From an uncultured delta proteobacterium (GTDB lineage: Bacteria > Myxococcota > Myxococcia > Myxococcales > Myxococcaceae): DNA of 64,000 bases. The DNA is taken from assembly GCA_963796055.1 (NCBI GenBank), contig CAWCKH010000004.1, positions 3,488,001 to 3,552,000 of the forward strand, given 5' to 3'. A model generated the notes under the pieces. The model saw only the letters and a list, made by a program, of their open reading frames with translations, was not told the DNA's origin and searched no databases. Made by a program: the position numbers and the translations under genes. Shown in pieces: positions 18,613 through 28,254 of the stretch (position 1 is the stretch's first letter; each line of letters starts with the position of its first letter).

Positions 18613-19998
18613 TCAGACGGAGCTGACGGCCGCCGCGCAGCCCGATGCGACGGCCGGCGCCGTCGGCTCGGCCGACGCTGCGGGCTCGCCACTCCGCGAC
18701 CGGTGCAACGCGCGCACCCGAAGCGCGACCGTGAACAAGACGACGGAGAGCAGGAGGTTCAGCGCGACGAAGCCCCGGACGTGAACTCCGTGATGAACTC
18801 CGATCCAGATCGCCGCCGCGGCACACACGTCTCCGGTGCGCACGACGAACGTGTCGATGACCGCCTTGGCCTTGTACTTCGCGTCGCGGGAGACCACGAG
18901 GTAGAGGGCGTTCAGTCCGGTGGTCTGGACCGAGTACTCCGTACCCTTCTCCGCGATCTTGGCGACGCGAATGAGCCCGAGCGCCGGGAGGAGCAGCATC
19001 GCCGAGGCTCCGAGCAGCGAGACGATCGGGAGCAGGAGCAGCGCCCCGCCGACGCCGAGGTGCTTCAGCACCCGTGAGACGATGAAGAGCTGACCGACGA
19101 CCCCGACCAGGTTCACCCACCAGAAGTACGTCGCCTTGAACTGACCGACGAAGCGCATGGGGTCGGCCACGCCGTGAATCGTGGAGCGAGCGTAGTCGAG
19201 AAGCGTCTTGTCGAGGACGTACTCGCTGGAGTTCAGCACCCAGTTCGCCAGAAGCGTGAGCAGAGCGATGAGCAGCAGGTAGCGGTCCTGCAGCAGCGCC
19301 TGAAAACCTCCCGGGCCGGTGAGGGGCTCGGACCGCACCGGCTTCTGTCCCGGTGTGGGGGATCGTCGGCGATTCCGATGATCGAGCCAGGCGAACGGGA
19401 CCACGGCGACGGCGAGGATTCCGGCCGCCAGGAGCATCAGGGCCAGCGGAGGGAGACGGTTCAGGAGCCAGCCGGCGAGGGCTGCGCCGGCCAGCGCGCC
19501 GATCGAGCTCCCGACACCGACGATCGCGAAGAGCCTCTTGCCTTGCTCGGGCGTGTAGACGTCGTTGGCGAAGCTCCAGAAGGTCGCCACCAGGAGGAAG
19601 TTGAAGGTTCCCACCCAGAGGTAGAAGGCGATCCCGATGGACACCCTGGCCCAGAGGAGCCCGGCGAATGCGAGAAGGTTCGTGGCCACGAAGAGCAGGA
19701 CGGTCGCGATCAGCGCCAGCCGTCCCACTCGCCGAGCGACGGCTCCGTGGAGCCTCAGGACGGGGAGCAGGAGCAACGCCTGCCCTGCCGCGGCGTATGC
19801 CTTCACCTCTGCCCCGCCCGACATGAGGATCAGCGGCTCGCGGGTGACCTTCAGAAGGTAATAGGCCGTGAGCAGCAGAAACAGCGTGCCAGCGAGGACC
19901 AGGGCGGTGACGGCCTCACCGGCCCGAACGTCGGCAAAGGGCCGAAGCAATCGCTCCGGCCAGTCCCGGCGCCTCCGAGGGGAAACGTCATCCGGCAT
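18613..19998 (-). CDS. Npt1/Npt2 (NTT/TLC) family nucleotide transporter-like protein, stand-alone
   Basis: VRAGEA..LFLLLTAYYLLKVTREPLIL, FWSFANDVYTPEQGKRLFAIVGVG, YKAKAVIDTFVVRTGD. Confidence 0.87.
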   Translation of the reverse strand: MPDDVSPRRRRDWPERLLRPFADVRAGEAVTALVLAGTLFLLLTAYYLLKVTREPLILMSGGAEVKAYAAAGQALLLLPVLRLHGAVARRVGRLALIATVLLFVATNLLAFAGLLWARVSIGIAFYLWVGTFNFLLVATFWSFANDVYTPEQGKRLFAIVGVGSSIGALAGAALAGWLLNRLPPLALMLLAAGILAVAVVPFAWLDHRNRRRSPTPGQKPVRSEPLTGPGGFQALLQDRYLLLIALLTLLANWVLNSSEYVLDKTLLDYARSTIHGVADPMRFVGQFKATYFWWVNLVGVVGQLFIVSRVLKHLGVGGALLLLPIVSLLGASAMLLLPALGLIRVAKIAEKGTEYSVQTTGLNALYLVVSRDAKYKAKAVIDTFVVRTGDVCAAAAIWIGVHHGVHVRGFVALNLLLSVVLFTVALRVRALHRSRSGEPAASAEPTAPAVASGCAAAVSSV

Positions 19999-20224
19999 GG
20001 CCTTCTCGCGCTTCTGCGGCACCGGGCCTGCCATGGCGAGGAGGGCCGTGGCCGCGCCCGGCACCAGCGCGCACGAGGTGCCACCCCATCCCTCTCAAGG
20101 TGACCGCCGCTGCGGCCACCGACAGCATGTAGATCGCGACGCTCGTCGCGATGCTTCCTGTCGTGATGCAGACGTACGCCAATGCGGCGAGGGAGCCCAC
20201 GGCGGACGACAGTCTCGCGAGCAC
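19988..20224 (-). CDS. possible small membrane protein
   Basis: GTG-started ORF with two hydrophobic stretches (SLAALAYVCITTG; IATSVAIYMLSVAAAAV) that overlaps the transporter start. Confidence 0.3.
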   Translation of the reverse strand: MLARLSSAVGSLAALAYVCITTGSIATSVAIYMLSVAAAAVTLRGMGWHLVRAGAGRGHGPPRHGRPGAAEAREGHAG

Positions 20225-20315
20225 TCCCGCCTTCGCGCGTACCGATGCAGGTCGCTCTGGCCACACGCCGATGAGTGGCGCTGCTCGGCAAAGGTGTTTC
20301 TGGAAGGCCGGTCGG

Positions 20316-22229
20316 TCAGCCGATCTCGAAGGGAAGCGCGAAGCGCCCGAGGACCTCCCGGGCCGGTCCGGGCGAGGCGCCACTCTCGAGCTCGAGGAGC
20401 GCCGCCATGCCCCGGGAGCGATTGTGGGTGACGTCGAGAGTCCGGAACGAGACGCCTGCTTCCCGGAGCGCGGTCTCCAGCGCGTCCTTCGCCTCGCGAC
20501 GTCTGAGCTCCGGCTTGAAGATCTTGCCCACCGCGGTGAGCGGCATCTCGTTCACCACGTGGACGCGGCGGGGCAGGGCCGCCCGCTCGCCGATCTCGCG
20601 GGCCAGGAAGTCGAGGATGTCGGCCTCGCGGACGACCGCGCCAGGTCTCGGCTTGACGTAGGCGACCGGCAGCTCTCCGGCGCGCACGTCCGGGCGGCCG
20701 ACGGCCACCGCGATCTCCACCCCCGGGTAGCGGTGCAGCGGCTCCTCGATCGCGACTGGGTCGATGTTGTGGCCGCCACGGATGATCAGCTCCTTCTTCC
20801 GACCGGTGAGCCAGAAATAGCCCTCCGCGTCCCTGCGCCCCAGATCCCCGGTGTTGAGCCAGCGCCGACCGTCGCCGCAGTCGACCCACAGTCCCTGGTT
20901 CTGCGCCGGGTCGTGGTAGCCGGCGAACACGTTGGGCCCGGAGACGACGAGGGTGCCGACCTCGTCGACCGCGCACTCGCGGACGAAGGTCCCCTGTTGG
21001 TCGATCACCACCGCCTTCATCTGCTGCCCGGGCACACGCAGGCCGATCGAGCCCACCCGGCGCTCGCCGCGGGGCGGATTGATGCTGCTCACGCAGGCGG
21101 CCTCGGTGAGGCCGTACCCCTCGAGGATCTCGATGCCCGTGCGCTCCTCGAATGCCCGGAACACCTCGGTGGGCATCGGCGCGGCTCCGCACAGTCCGTA
21201 GTCGAGCGTCGTCAGGTCGTGCGAGCCGATCGGAGTCTGGAGCAGCATCGCGTAGAGCGTCGGGACGCCGCTGAAGAGGTTCACCCGGTGGTGCTCCACC
21301 ACCTCCCAGAACCGGCTCACCAGGCCAGGAGATCGGTACCCCTCCGGCGTCGCCAGGACGACGTGTGCCCCCCGCGAGAACGGCACCAGACCGGTGACCA
21401 GGACGGCGTTCACGTGGAACATGGGCAGGCCGCAGAGCAGGACCTTGCCGGGACCGATGCCCTCGCCGATGACCTGGGAGACGCTCCAGGCGTTCGCCAC
21501 CTCGTTGCCGTGCGTGCGCACCGCCAGCTTCGGAAGCCCGGTCGTTCCGCCGGTGGCGAACCATGAGGAGGTGTCCGAGGGCGAGAAGACCCGGCCGCTC
21601 TTCAGCAGCGACGGGTCCTCGCCCTCGATGGCCGGACCGAAGGGGTGGACGGCGACGGGTCCGGGCAGCGAGTCCGGCAGAGGAGGGGGAGTGCCGCCAC
21701 CCGGCACCGTCACCAGCACCACGTGCTTCAGCGAGGTGTGGCGCGCCAGGGCTGGCTGGAGCCGGGTCCAGAGGTCCATGCCGGGGTGGGGCGCGAGCGT
21801 CACCAGGATCTCCGCGCCCGAGGCCTCGAGCAGCGCCCCCAGGGCAGCGGCTTCGAGCAGCGGGTTCAGCGGGAGGACGATTCCTGCGGCCTCGGCGCCC
21901 CAGATCGCGAAGTGCGTCTCGGGCAGGTTGGGGAGCGCCAGCGCGATGACGGTGTCCTTCGTCGCGTCGAGCCGGTGGAAGAGGTTCGCGGTCTGGGTGA
22001 TGCGGGCGAGGAGCGCGCGGTAGTTCCACGATTCCGGATCCCGGTGACGGTCCACCGTGGGGAAGAAGCTGAGCGCCGGAGCGTCGGGGTCGATCGCCGC
22101 GCCGCGTCGCAGCGCCTCGTAGGTGCTCTGGGAAAGCGCCGGAGCGCCTCGCGCCTCGATGGCCTCCACGTCGCGCAGGCTGGCGATCCCCCGCGCCTCA
22201 CCACTCGATCCCCTGCCGGTCGTCCTCAT
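20316..22229 (-). CDS. acyl-CoA synthetase (AMP-binding)
   Basis: ATGGTTGLPK, EGYGLTE, WLNTGDLG, GRKKELIIRGG, LTAVGKIFK. Confidence 0.92.
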   Translation of the reverse strand: MRTTGRGSSGEARGIASLRDVEAIEARGAPALSQSTYEALRRGAAIDPDAPALSFFPTVDRHRDPESWNYRALLARITQTANLFHRLDATKDTVIALALPNLPETHFAIWGAEAAGIVLPLNPLLEAAALGALLEASGAEILVTLAPHPGMDLWTRLQPALARHTSLKHVVLVTVPGGGTPPPLPDSLPGPVAVHPFGPAIEGEDPSLLKSGRVFSPSDTSSWFATGGTTGLPKLAVRTHGNEVANAWSVSQVIGEGIGPGKVLLCGLPMFHVNAVLVTGLVPFSRGAHVVLATPEGYRSPGLVSRFWEVVEHHRVNLFSGVPTLYAMLLQTPIGSHDLTTLDYGLCGAAPMPTEVFRAFEERTGIEILEGYGLTEAACVSSINPPRGERRVGSIGLRVPGQQMKAVVIDQQGTFVRECAVDEVGTLVVSGPNVFAGYHDPAQNQGLWVDCGDGRRWLNTGDLGRRDAEGYFWLTGRKKELIIRGGHNIDPVAIEEPLHRYPGVEIAVAVGRPDVRAGELPVAYVKPRPGAVVREADILDFLAREIGERAALPRRVHVVNEMPLTAVGKIFKPELRRREAKDALETALREAGVSFRTLDVTHNRSRGMAALLELESGASPGPAREVLGRFALPFEIG

Positions 22230-22282
22230 CGCGCTGCCCCCTGGGACCGGGCCCTCCGATGAAGCCCGGTGGTCTTTTGAGT

Positions 22283-22315
22283 AAGACGTAAATGTCAAAT
22301 TGACAAGTTAGTCTT
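22283..22315. promoter_or_regulatory. divergent promoter/operator palindrome
   Basis: AAGAC-N5-TGTCA-AAT-TGACA-N5-GTCTT contains back-to-back TTGACA hexamers, one per strand, between the divergent acyl-CoA synthetase and DoxX genes. Confidence 0.7.
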
Positions 22316-22361
22316 GTTCGGGTTACAGACTGCGCCGAGACGGATTCACGGAGAGGTGGAC

Positions 22362-22769
22362 ATGCTGAACGTCGCGCTCTGGGTTGTTCAGGGACTGCTG
22401 GCCGGGGTGTTCACGCTCACCGGGACCACCAAGCTGGTGCTCCCCCGGGAGGTGCTCGAGAAGCGGATGCACTGGGCGGCAACCTGGCCGCGCTGGCGCA
22501 TCAAGCTGCTCGGTCTCGCCGAGGTCGCCGGGGCCGTGGGCCTGGTGGTTCCCGCGGCCGCGGGCGTGGCACCGGTGCTCACCCCCATCGCCGCCCTGTG
22601 CCTCGCGGTCCTGATGGTGGGCGCGGTCGGCACGCACCGCCGCCTGGGGGAGAGTGTCGTCCCGGCGGTGGTGATCGGCGCGCTCTGCCTGCTCGTCGGT
22701 GCAGCACGCTTGCAGCTGTCTGCACCCGTTTCGCCGCGCCCCGAGCTCTCGCAGGAGGAAATGAGATGA
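22362..22769 (+). CDS. DoxX family membrane protein
   Basis: MLNVALWVVQGLLAGVF..GTTKL..LGLAEVAGAVGLVVP..LMVGAVGTH; RBS GAGG. Confidence 0.88.
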   Translation: MLNVALWVVQGLLAGVFTLTGTTKLVLPREVLEKRMHWAATWPRWRIKLLGLAEVAGAVGLVVPAAAGVAPVLTPIAALCLAVLMVGAVGTHRRLGESVVPAVVIGALCLLVGAARLQLSAPVSPRPELSQEEMR

Positions 22770-24541
22770 CGAAGTCCCAGCGTGTCCCCGTTCTCATCGT
22801 CGGCGGTGGCGGCGCAGGCCTCACCGCCTCGATGCTGCTCGGCACCCACGGCATCGAGTCGCTGCTGGTCAGCGCGCTCCCCACGACCTCCATCCTTCCC
22901 AAGGCGCATGTTCTCAACCAGCGCGCCATGGAGGTCTTCGCCGACGTCGGCGTGGCCGAGGCGATCTACGCCCGCAGCACGCCGGGGGCGCACATGGGCC
23001 ACACCGCCTGGTACCTCGACGTCGCCGGGGACCAGGACGCAGGTCGGCTCATCCACAAGATGGAGTGCTGGGATGGCGGCTACACCGACCCGGCCTGGAT
23101 CGCGGCGAGCCCGTGTCGCCAGGCCAACCTGCCGCAGATCCGGCTGGAGCCCATCCTCCGCGCTCGCGCCGAGCACCTGAACTCCGGTCGGGTGCGCTTC
23201 GGCCACGAGCTCCTGTCACTGCAGCAGGACGCGTGGGGGGTGACGGCCACGGTCCGTGACCTGGAGGGCGGGACCGACTACGAGGTGCGCGCCGACTACC
23301 TGCTCGGCTGCGACGGTGGGCGAACCGTGGGGCGACTCGTCGGTGTCCAGCTCGACGGGCAGCGGGACCTGATGCGCTCGGCCAGCGTCCACATGACGGC
23401 GGACCTCTCACCTTGGCTGCGCGACGACGACGTCCTCATCCGGTGGATCGTGCACACCCGTTACGGGGGGGCCTTCAGCGCGCTGGTGGCGATGGGGCCC
23501 GAGCGCTGGGGCCGAGCCTCCGAGGAGTGGGTCTTCCACATGACCTACCCCCCGGACCTCGAGCCGCTCTTCGACACCGACGAGAAGGCGATCGCGGTCA
23601 TGCGAGAGCGTCTGGGCCTGCCGGACCTGGACGTCAAGGTGCACGTGATCACCCGCTGGCGCGTCGAGGGGCTGGTGGCGCCTGCCACGCGGGTGGGGCG
23701 TGTCTTCCTGCTGGGCGATGCGGCCCACCGCCATCCGCCGACGGGTGGGCTGGGGCTGAACAGCGCGGTCCACGATGCCCACAACCTGTGCTGGAAGCTG
23801 GCCCAGGTGCTCCGGGGAACGGCCGGTGACGCGCTCCTCGACACCTATCACCCCGAGCGATTCCCCGCGTTCGCCCGCAACATGCAGCGCTCGATCGAGA
23901 ACGCGCTGAACCACCTCGAGCTGGTCGAAGCGCTCGGGATCAAGGCGAGCATCGCCCCCGAGGAGTGCCGGCGCAACGTGCGCCAGCTCTGGGAGAAGGG
24001 CCCGGAGAGCGACGCCCGGCGCGAGCAGGTGGCGCGGGTGATGGCGACCCAGTCGATGGAATTCAAGGAGCACAACGTGGAGTTCGGCTTCCGCTACGCG
24101 TCCGAGGCCGTCGTCCCCGACGCCAGCCCGGAGCCGGTGGCCCTGGACGACGTGCGCGTCTACCAGCCGGACACCCGGCCGGGGTCGCCGCTGCCGCACG
24201 CCTGGGTCGAGCGCGCGGGGAACCGCGTTCCGCTCCGCCAGGTCGCACCGCCGTCCAGCTTCACGCTCATCGCGGGTGAGGACGGAGCCGCCTGGTGCGC
24301 GGCGGCCCGGGACGCCGCGGCCCGGCGGGGAATCGAGCTCGTCGCCATCCGGGTGGGACACTGCGAGGGAGACTGGCTCGACCCGCGCCTCGCCTTCCTG
24401 CGCGTGCGCGAGTTCGGCCGGGAGGGGGCGATCCTGGTGCGTCCCGACCGGGTCATCGCCTGGCGATCGATGGGCGCCGCGGCCGATCCGTTGCGCGAGC
24501 TCGGTGTTGCGATGGACACCATTCTGGCCAGGGCCGGGTGA
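22766..24541 (+). CDS. FAD-dependent aromatic monooxygenase (2,4-dichlorophenol 6-monooxygenase/PheA-like)
   Basis: VLIVGGGGAGL, LLGCDGG, GDAAHRHPPTGGLGLNSAVHDAHNLCWKL, ILVRPD. Confidence 0.9.
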   Translation: MTKSQRVPVLIVGGGGAGLTASMLLGTHGIESLLVSALPTTSILPKAHVLNQRAMEVFADVGVAEAIYARSTPGAHMGHTAWYLDVAGDQDAGRLIHKMECWDGGYTDPAWIAASPCRQANLPQIRLEPILRARAEHLNSGRVRFGHELLSLQQDAWGVTATVRDLEGGTDYEVRADYLLGCDGGRTVGRLVGVQLDGQRDLMRSASVHMTADLSPWLRDDDVLIRWIVHTRYGGAFSALVAMGPERWGRASEEWVFHMTYPPDLEPLFDTDEKAIAVMRERLGLPDLDVKVHVITRWRVEGLVAPATRVGRVFLLGDAAHRHPPTGGLGLNSAVHDAHNLCWKLAQVLRGTAGDALLDTYHPERFPAFARNMQRSIENALNHLELVEALGIKASIAPEECRRNVRQLWEKGPESDARREQVARVMATQSMEFKEHNVEFGFRYASEAVVPDASPEPVALDDVRVYQPDTRPGSPLPHAWVERAGNRVPLRQVAPPSSFTLIAGEDGAAWCAAARDAAARRGIELVAIRVGHCEGDWLDPRLAFLRVREFGREGAILVRPDRVIAWRSMGAAADPLRELGVAMDTILARAG

Positions 24542-25671
24542 TGGCCCAGGTGACGCCACCGGCCGGGTTCCAGCCGCGGAGCGAGGCGCCTTTGATGAAG
24601 GCGCGCTCGCTGGTGCACCTGCGGCACCGGCGCCGTGATCTCGACGAGGCGATCCGCTTCTACACCGACTTCGGCCTCGAGCTCGCGGTGCGGTCCGAGG
24701 GCGCCGCCTACCTGAGATCGGCCGGTGGTGGACCGATCTGCCTCATCCTCGAGGCCGGCCCACACGACGCGCTGGTGGCCCTCGCCGTCGAGGCCGAGAG
24801 CGAAGATGCGCTTCACCGTCTCGCCGCGAAGGTCGGTTGCGCCGTCGAGGAGCGCCGCGAGCCGGGCGGCGGCCTCGTGCTCCGGCTCCGGGATCCGGGG
24901 GACCTCCAGGTGGAGGTCGTGCACGGCGTCGAGGCCTCGCCGGTCCGGGCGCCTCCCGCTCCGGTGCCGGTCAACAGCTTCGACCGGCCGGTTCGGATCA
25001 ACACGCCGCGACCGGCGGTGCTGGGTCCTGCCTGGGTCCGGCGGCTCGGGCACGTGGTGCTGGGTCGCCAGGAATTCGGCCGGAATGCCCGCTGGTACAT
25101 GGAGACGCTGGGCCTCATCGCCACCGACGTGGAGGTGCTCGTCGAGCTGGGAGAGCCCATCGTGGCGTTCCTGCGCTTCGACCGGGGCGATGCCCCGGCG
25201 GACCACCACTCCATCGTCGTTGCCGCAGCGCCCGAGGATGGGTACCTGCATTCCGCCTTCGAGTCCACCGACGTGGACGCGCTCGGGGCGGGAGCGGAGT
25301 GGCTGCAGCAGCAGGGCTGGGTCAAGTCGTGGGGCATCGGCCGCCACGTGCTCGGCTCGCAGCTCTTCTGCTACCACATCGATCCGCGCGGCTTCGAGGT
25401 CGAGCACTACACCGACGGCGACATGTTCGACGCCTCGCACCCCACCGCCTGGCACGAGGCGGGTCTTCCGGGGCTGTACCTCTGGGGGCCGGTGCTGCCG
25501 CCGCACTTCGTCGACACCGGCCTCACTCCGGCCCGCATCGCCCGGGTCGTCCGCGGACTGCGCACGCGCCCGGAGTTCACGGTCAGGAAGCTGCTGGCCA
25601 CCAAGCGGCTCTACTCGAGGCCGCCGCGCCCGTGGGCAGGCCGGCGGTTCGTTCGACCTCGCCCTCGCTGA
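24541..25671 (+). CDS. VOC family extradiol-dioxygenase-like protein
   Basis: FYTDFGL, RRLGHVVL, DHH..LHSAFE, WGIGRHVLGSQLF, VEHYTDGD. Confidence 0.85.
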   Translation: MAQVTPPAGFQPRSEAPLMKARSLVHLRHRRRDLDEAIRFYTDFGLELAVRSEGAAYLRSAGGGPICLILEAGPHDALVALAVEAESEDALHRLAAKVGCAVEERREPGGGLVLRLRDPGDLQVEVVHGVEASPVRAPPAPVPVNSFDRPVRINTPRPAVLGPAWVRRLGHVVLGRQEFGRNARWYMETLGLIATDVEVLVELGEPIVAFLRFDRGDAPADHHSIVVAAAPEDGYLHSAFESTDVDALGAGAEWLQQQGWVKSWGIGRHVLGSQLFCYHIDPRGFEVEHYTDGDMFDASHPTAWHEAGLPGLYLWGPVLPPHFVDTGLTPARIARVVRGLRTRPEFTVRKLLATKRLYSRPPRPWAGRRFVRPRPR

Positions 25672-25682
25672 GGACACAACAG

Positions 25683-26645
25683 ATGGCAACTCACCTCGTC
25701 CGTTACGAGCACGGAGGGCGCCATCGCTGGGGCGTGGTGCGCGGCGCGAGCATCGCCCCGCTGGACGGGGAGTACCCGACCACGGCGTCGCTCATCGAGC
25801 GCGGCGAGGCTGACTGGCGGGCGGCCGCAACCCGCGCCCCGTCCCTGGAGCTGGCGAAGGTCACTCTGCTCTCGCCGGTGACCGCGCCTGCGCGCGTGAT
25901 CTGCCAGGGCGCCAACTATCGTCAGCACATGATCGAGTCGGGCCTCGACCCGGACGCCAAGCGTTTCAACATGTTCTTCGAGAAGTCGGACGCCTCGATC
26001 AGCGCCCCGGTCGGGTCGCTCGTCCGGCCGTCACACGTGCAGCTGCTCGACTACGAGATCGAGCTGGCGATCGTCTTCCGGAACCCGATCTCGGGACCGG
26101 TCACCGTGACCCCCGGGACCCTGCACGAGTACGTTTTCGGGGTGACGATCGCCAACGACGTGTCAGCGCGTGACGTGCAGCTGCCGCAGATGCAGTTCTT
26201 CAAGGGGAAGAGTTATCGTGGCTTCTGCCCGCTCGGCCCCAACCTCGCGGTGCTGGACCCGGGCGAGCTCCGGTGCCTGGACCAGCTCACACTCACCCTG
26301 AAGGTCAACGACGCCGTGCGCCAGCAGGACTCCACCGCGAACCTCGTCTTCAAGCCTGCCGAGACGATCACCGAGCTCTCCACCTTCTGCGACCTTTCCC
26401 CCGGTGACGTGCTCCTGACCGGCACGCCCGCGGGCTGTGCGCTGAGAGCGCCGCCGCCGCTCGTGCGTCGCCTGATGCAGCTGGTGCTCCCCGAGCCGAA
26501 GCTGTGGGCGACCTTCACCCGGGTCCAGGCGAGGCGCCCGCAGTACCTCAGGCCGGGCGACGTCGTCCGTGGCACCATTGCCAGCGCGGACGGCGTGATC
26601 GACCTGGGCGAGCAGCGCCACGTCGTCGAGGGCGCGACCGCGTGA
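25683..26645 (+). CDS. fumarylacetoacetate hydrolase family protein
   Basis: ICQGANY, LLDYEIELA, ANDVSARD, GDVLLTGTPAG. Confidence 0.92.
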   Translation: MATHLVRYEHGGRHRWGVVRGASIAPLDGEYPTTASLIERGEADWRAAATRAPSLELAKVTLLSPVTAPARVICQGANYRQHMIESGLDPDAKRFNMFFEKSDASISAPVGSLVRPSHVQLLDYEIELAIVFRNPISGPVTVTPGTLHEYVFGVTIANDVSARDVQLPQMQFFKGKSYRGFCPLGPNLAVLDPGELRCLDQLTLTLKVNDAVRQQDSTANLVFKPAETITELSTFCDLSPGDVLLTGTPAGCALRAPPPLVRRLMQLVLPEPKLWATFTRVQARRPQYLRPGDVVRGTIASADGVIDLGEQRHVVEGATA

Positions 26646-27313
26646 AGCGCTCGAGCAACGCGATCGACCACCGGGTCCGTGTCGGCCGGCAGCGGAGCGC
26701 GCGCACCGAGAGCCGGATCGTGGAGGCCGCGCTCCGCGTCTTCGCCGAGCGGGGGCCGGACGCACCGGTCATCGACGACTTCGTCAAGGCGGCCGGGGTC
26801 GCCCGCGGGACCTTCTACAACCACTTCGAAGGAGTGGAGGAGCTGCTCCAGGCGACGTCGGCCTGGACCACGCGCGAGGTGCTCCAGTCCATCGAGGAGG
26901 CGATCGCCGGGATCGAGGGCCCCGTGCTCCGGTTTGGCGTGGGGCTCCGGCTGTTCTTCCTCCGTGCCCAGCGCGACCCGGTGTGGTCACGATTCGTGGC
27001 CCGGGTCTGGAAGGTCGGGGGCCTCGAGCTGCCGGTCCGGGACCTCGACGAGGCCATCCGCCTCGGGCACTTCCGGGTGCCCGGCCGCGAGGCGGCCCAG
27101 GATCTGCTGTTCGGAGGCATCCGCGAGGCGATGCATCGCATCGGTGAGGGCCGCGTCGGTCCCTCGTTCGGCGACCAGATGACGGAGATTTGTCTCCAGG
27201 CGCTCCACGCGGAGCCACGCCGAATCGCCGCGGTCCTCGCCCACGAGCTTCCCGCCCTCACGGACCAGGCCTCGAGGCGGGCCGGTCGAGGAGGGGCGTC
27301 CCTGGCGGGGTAG
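26642..27313 (+). CDS. TetR/AcrR family regulator
   Basis: IVEAALRVFAERG..IDDFVKAAGVARGTFYNHF; GTGA overlap with FAH. Confidence 0.9.
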   Translation: MKRSSNAIDHRVRVGRQRSARTESRIVEAALRVFAERGPDAPVIDDFVKAAGVARGTFYNHFEGVEELLQATSAWTTREVLQSIEEAIAGIEGPVLRFGVGLRLFFLRAQRDPVWSRFVARVWKVGGLELPVRDLDEAIRLGHFRVPGREAAQDLLFGGIREAMHRIGEGRVGPSFGDQMTEICLQALHAEPRRIAAVLAHELPALTDQASRRAGRGGASLAG

Positions 27314-27447
27314 GGCGGTCAGAACCGGAACGACACCGCGGCCTCGGCCGTTCCGGCAAAGGGGAGACCGGGATTCATCGTCGGAGCAATCTTCCCCGGA
27401 ACTCTGCTGGATGCGGCAGTTTCCGGTGGCGCCCCAGTCGCGCTGGC

Positions 27448-28206
27448 TCAGTAGCGCACGTTGGGCGCGCCGAGCAGCAGCTGGTTGGCCTCAAGGAGGT
27501 AGTATTGCGCCAGCTGTGCGTTCCTTTGGGCGAGCGCCGCCCGCGCCGCCTCGACAAAGCGAGCGGCCTCCGCCACGCGGGAGGCCTCGACAGCAGAACC
27601 CGCTTCCGACGCCGCAGCGGCGGTCCGCCGCAGGGAGGCGCGCGTGGACTCGAGGGAGTCTGCGTTCCAGTCACCCATGGCCTGGAGCGACTGGAGAGCC
27701 CCATCGATCGCGATGCGCGCCCCATTCAGCTGCCCGGCCCGCTGGGCCTGCGCGTTCCGCTCGGCGATGCGCGCCGCCTCGGACGCCTGCTGCTGGGCGG
27801 CGATCTGTTGAAGCGCCTCCGTCTGAGCGCGTGACTGCTCGAGCAGCGCCTCCGTTTGGGCGCGCGATTGCTCGAGCAGCGCCTCCATGTATGGGTCCGG
27901 CTGACCGTCCGTCGACTCGGCGCGCGCCCTCTTCTTCCGCGGCGTTCCGGAGTCGGGGCCCACATGCTCCTGGACCGAGACGCGCGGCGATGGCTCGGGC
28001 GCATCGTCGACCGCGTTGATCTGGACGACGCCACCCCGGGGCTGTACCGATGGAATCCCGGGGCGCGGCTGATCGCCGCGGGTCGTGCCAGCGTCCGGCG
28101 AGCGGGCAGGAGTTCCGACATCCTGAAATGCACGGGAAGCGGGCGATGCCATGGATGGGCCCGCGGCAGCCGAAGCGAGGACCGCAGAGAGGAGGAGCGG
28201 AGTCAT
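27448..28206 (-). CDS. hypothetical secreted protein with a helical C-terminus
   Basis: Signal-peptide-like MTPLLLSAVLASAAA; Ala/Gln-rich helical region. Confidence 0.65.
   Translation of the reverse strand: MTPLLLSAVLASAAAGPSMASPASRAFQDVGTPARSPDAGTTRGDQPRPGIPSVQPRGGVVQINAVDDAPEPSPRVSVQEHVGPDSGTPRKKRARAESTDGQPDPYMEALLEQSRAQTEALLEQSRAQTEALQQIAAQQQASEAARIAERNAQAQRAGQLNGARIAIDGALQSLQAMGDWNADSLESTRASLRRTAAAASEAGSAVEASRVAEAARFVEAARAALAQRNAQLAQYYLLEANQLLLGAPNVRY
27813..27886 (-). repeat. 33-bp in-frame tandem duplication (EALLEQSRAQT x2)
   Basis: Two 33-nt units (27813-27845, 27846-27878) with identical peptide but synonymous differences, plus a partial third unit. Confidence 0.85.
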
Positions 28207-28254
28207 CTAGACCGTTTGGCGACTCAAGTGGAGATTGGTCGTCTCTGGGAAACC

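Noticed and set aside
22301..22313. TGACAAGTTAGTC as a sixth TAACTAAC-type operator
   Set aside because: Only a partial half-site match; better explained by the separate TGAC-N6-GTCT dyad
27326..27426. Two CCGGAA...TTCCGG hairpins between convergent genes
   Set aside because: Imperfect stems without U-tracts; cannot support a terminator or repeat-family call
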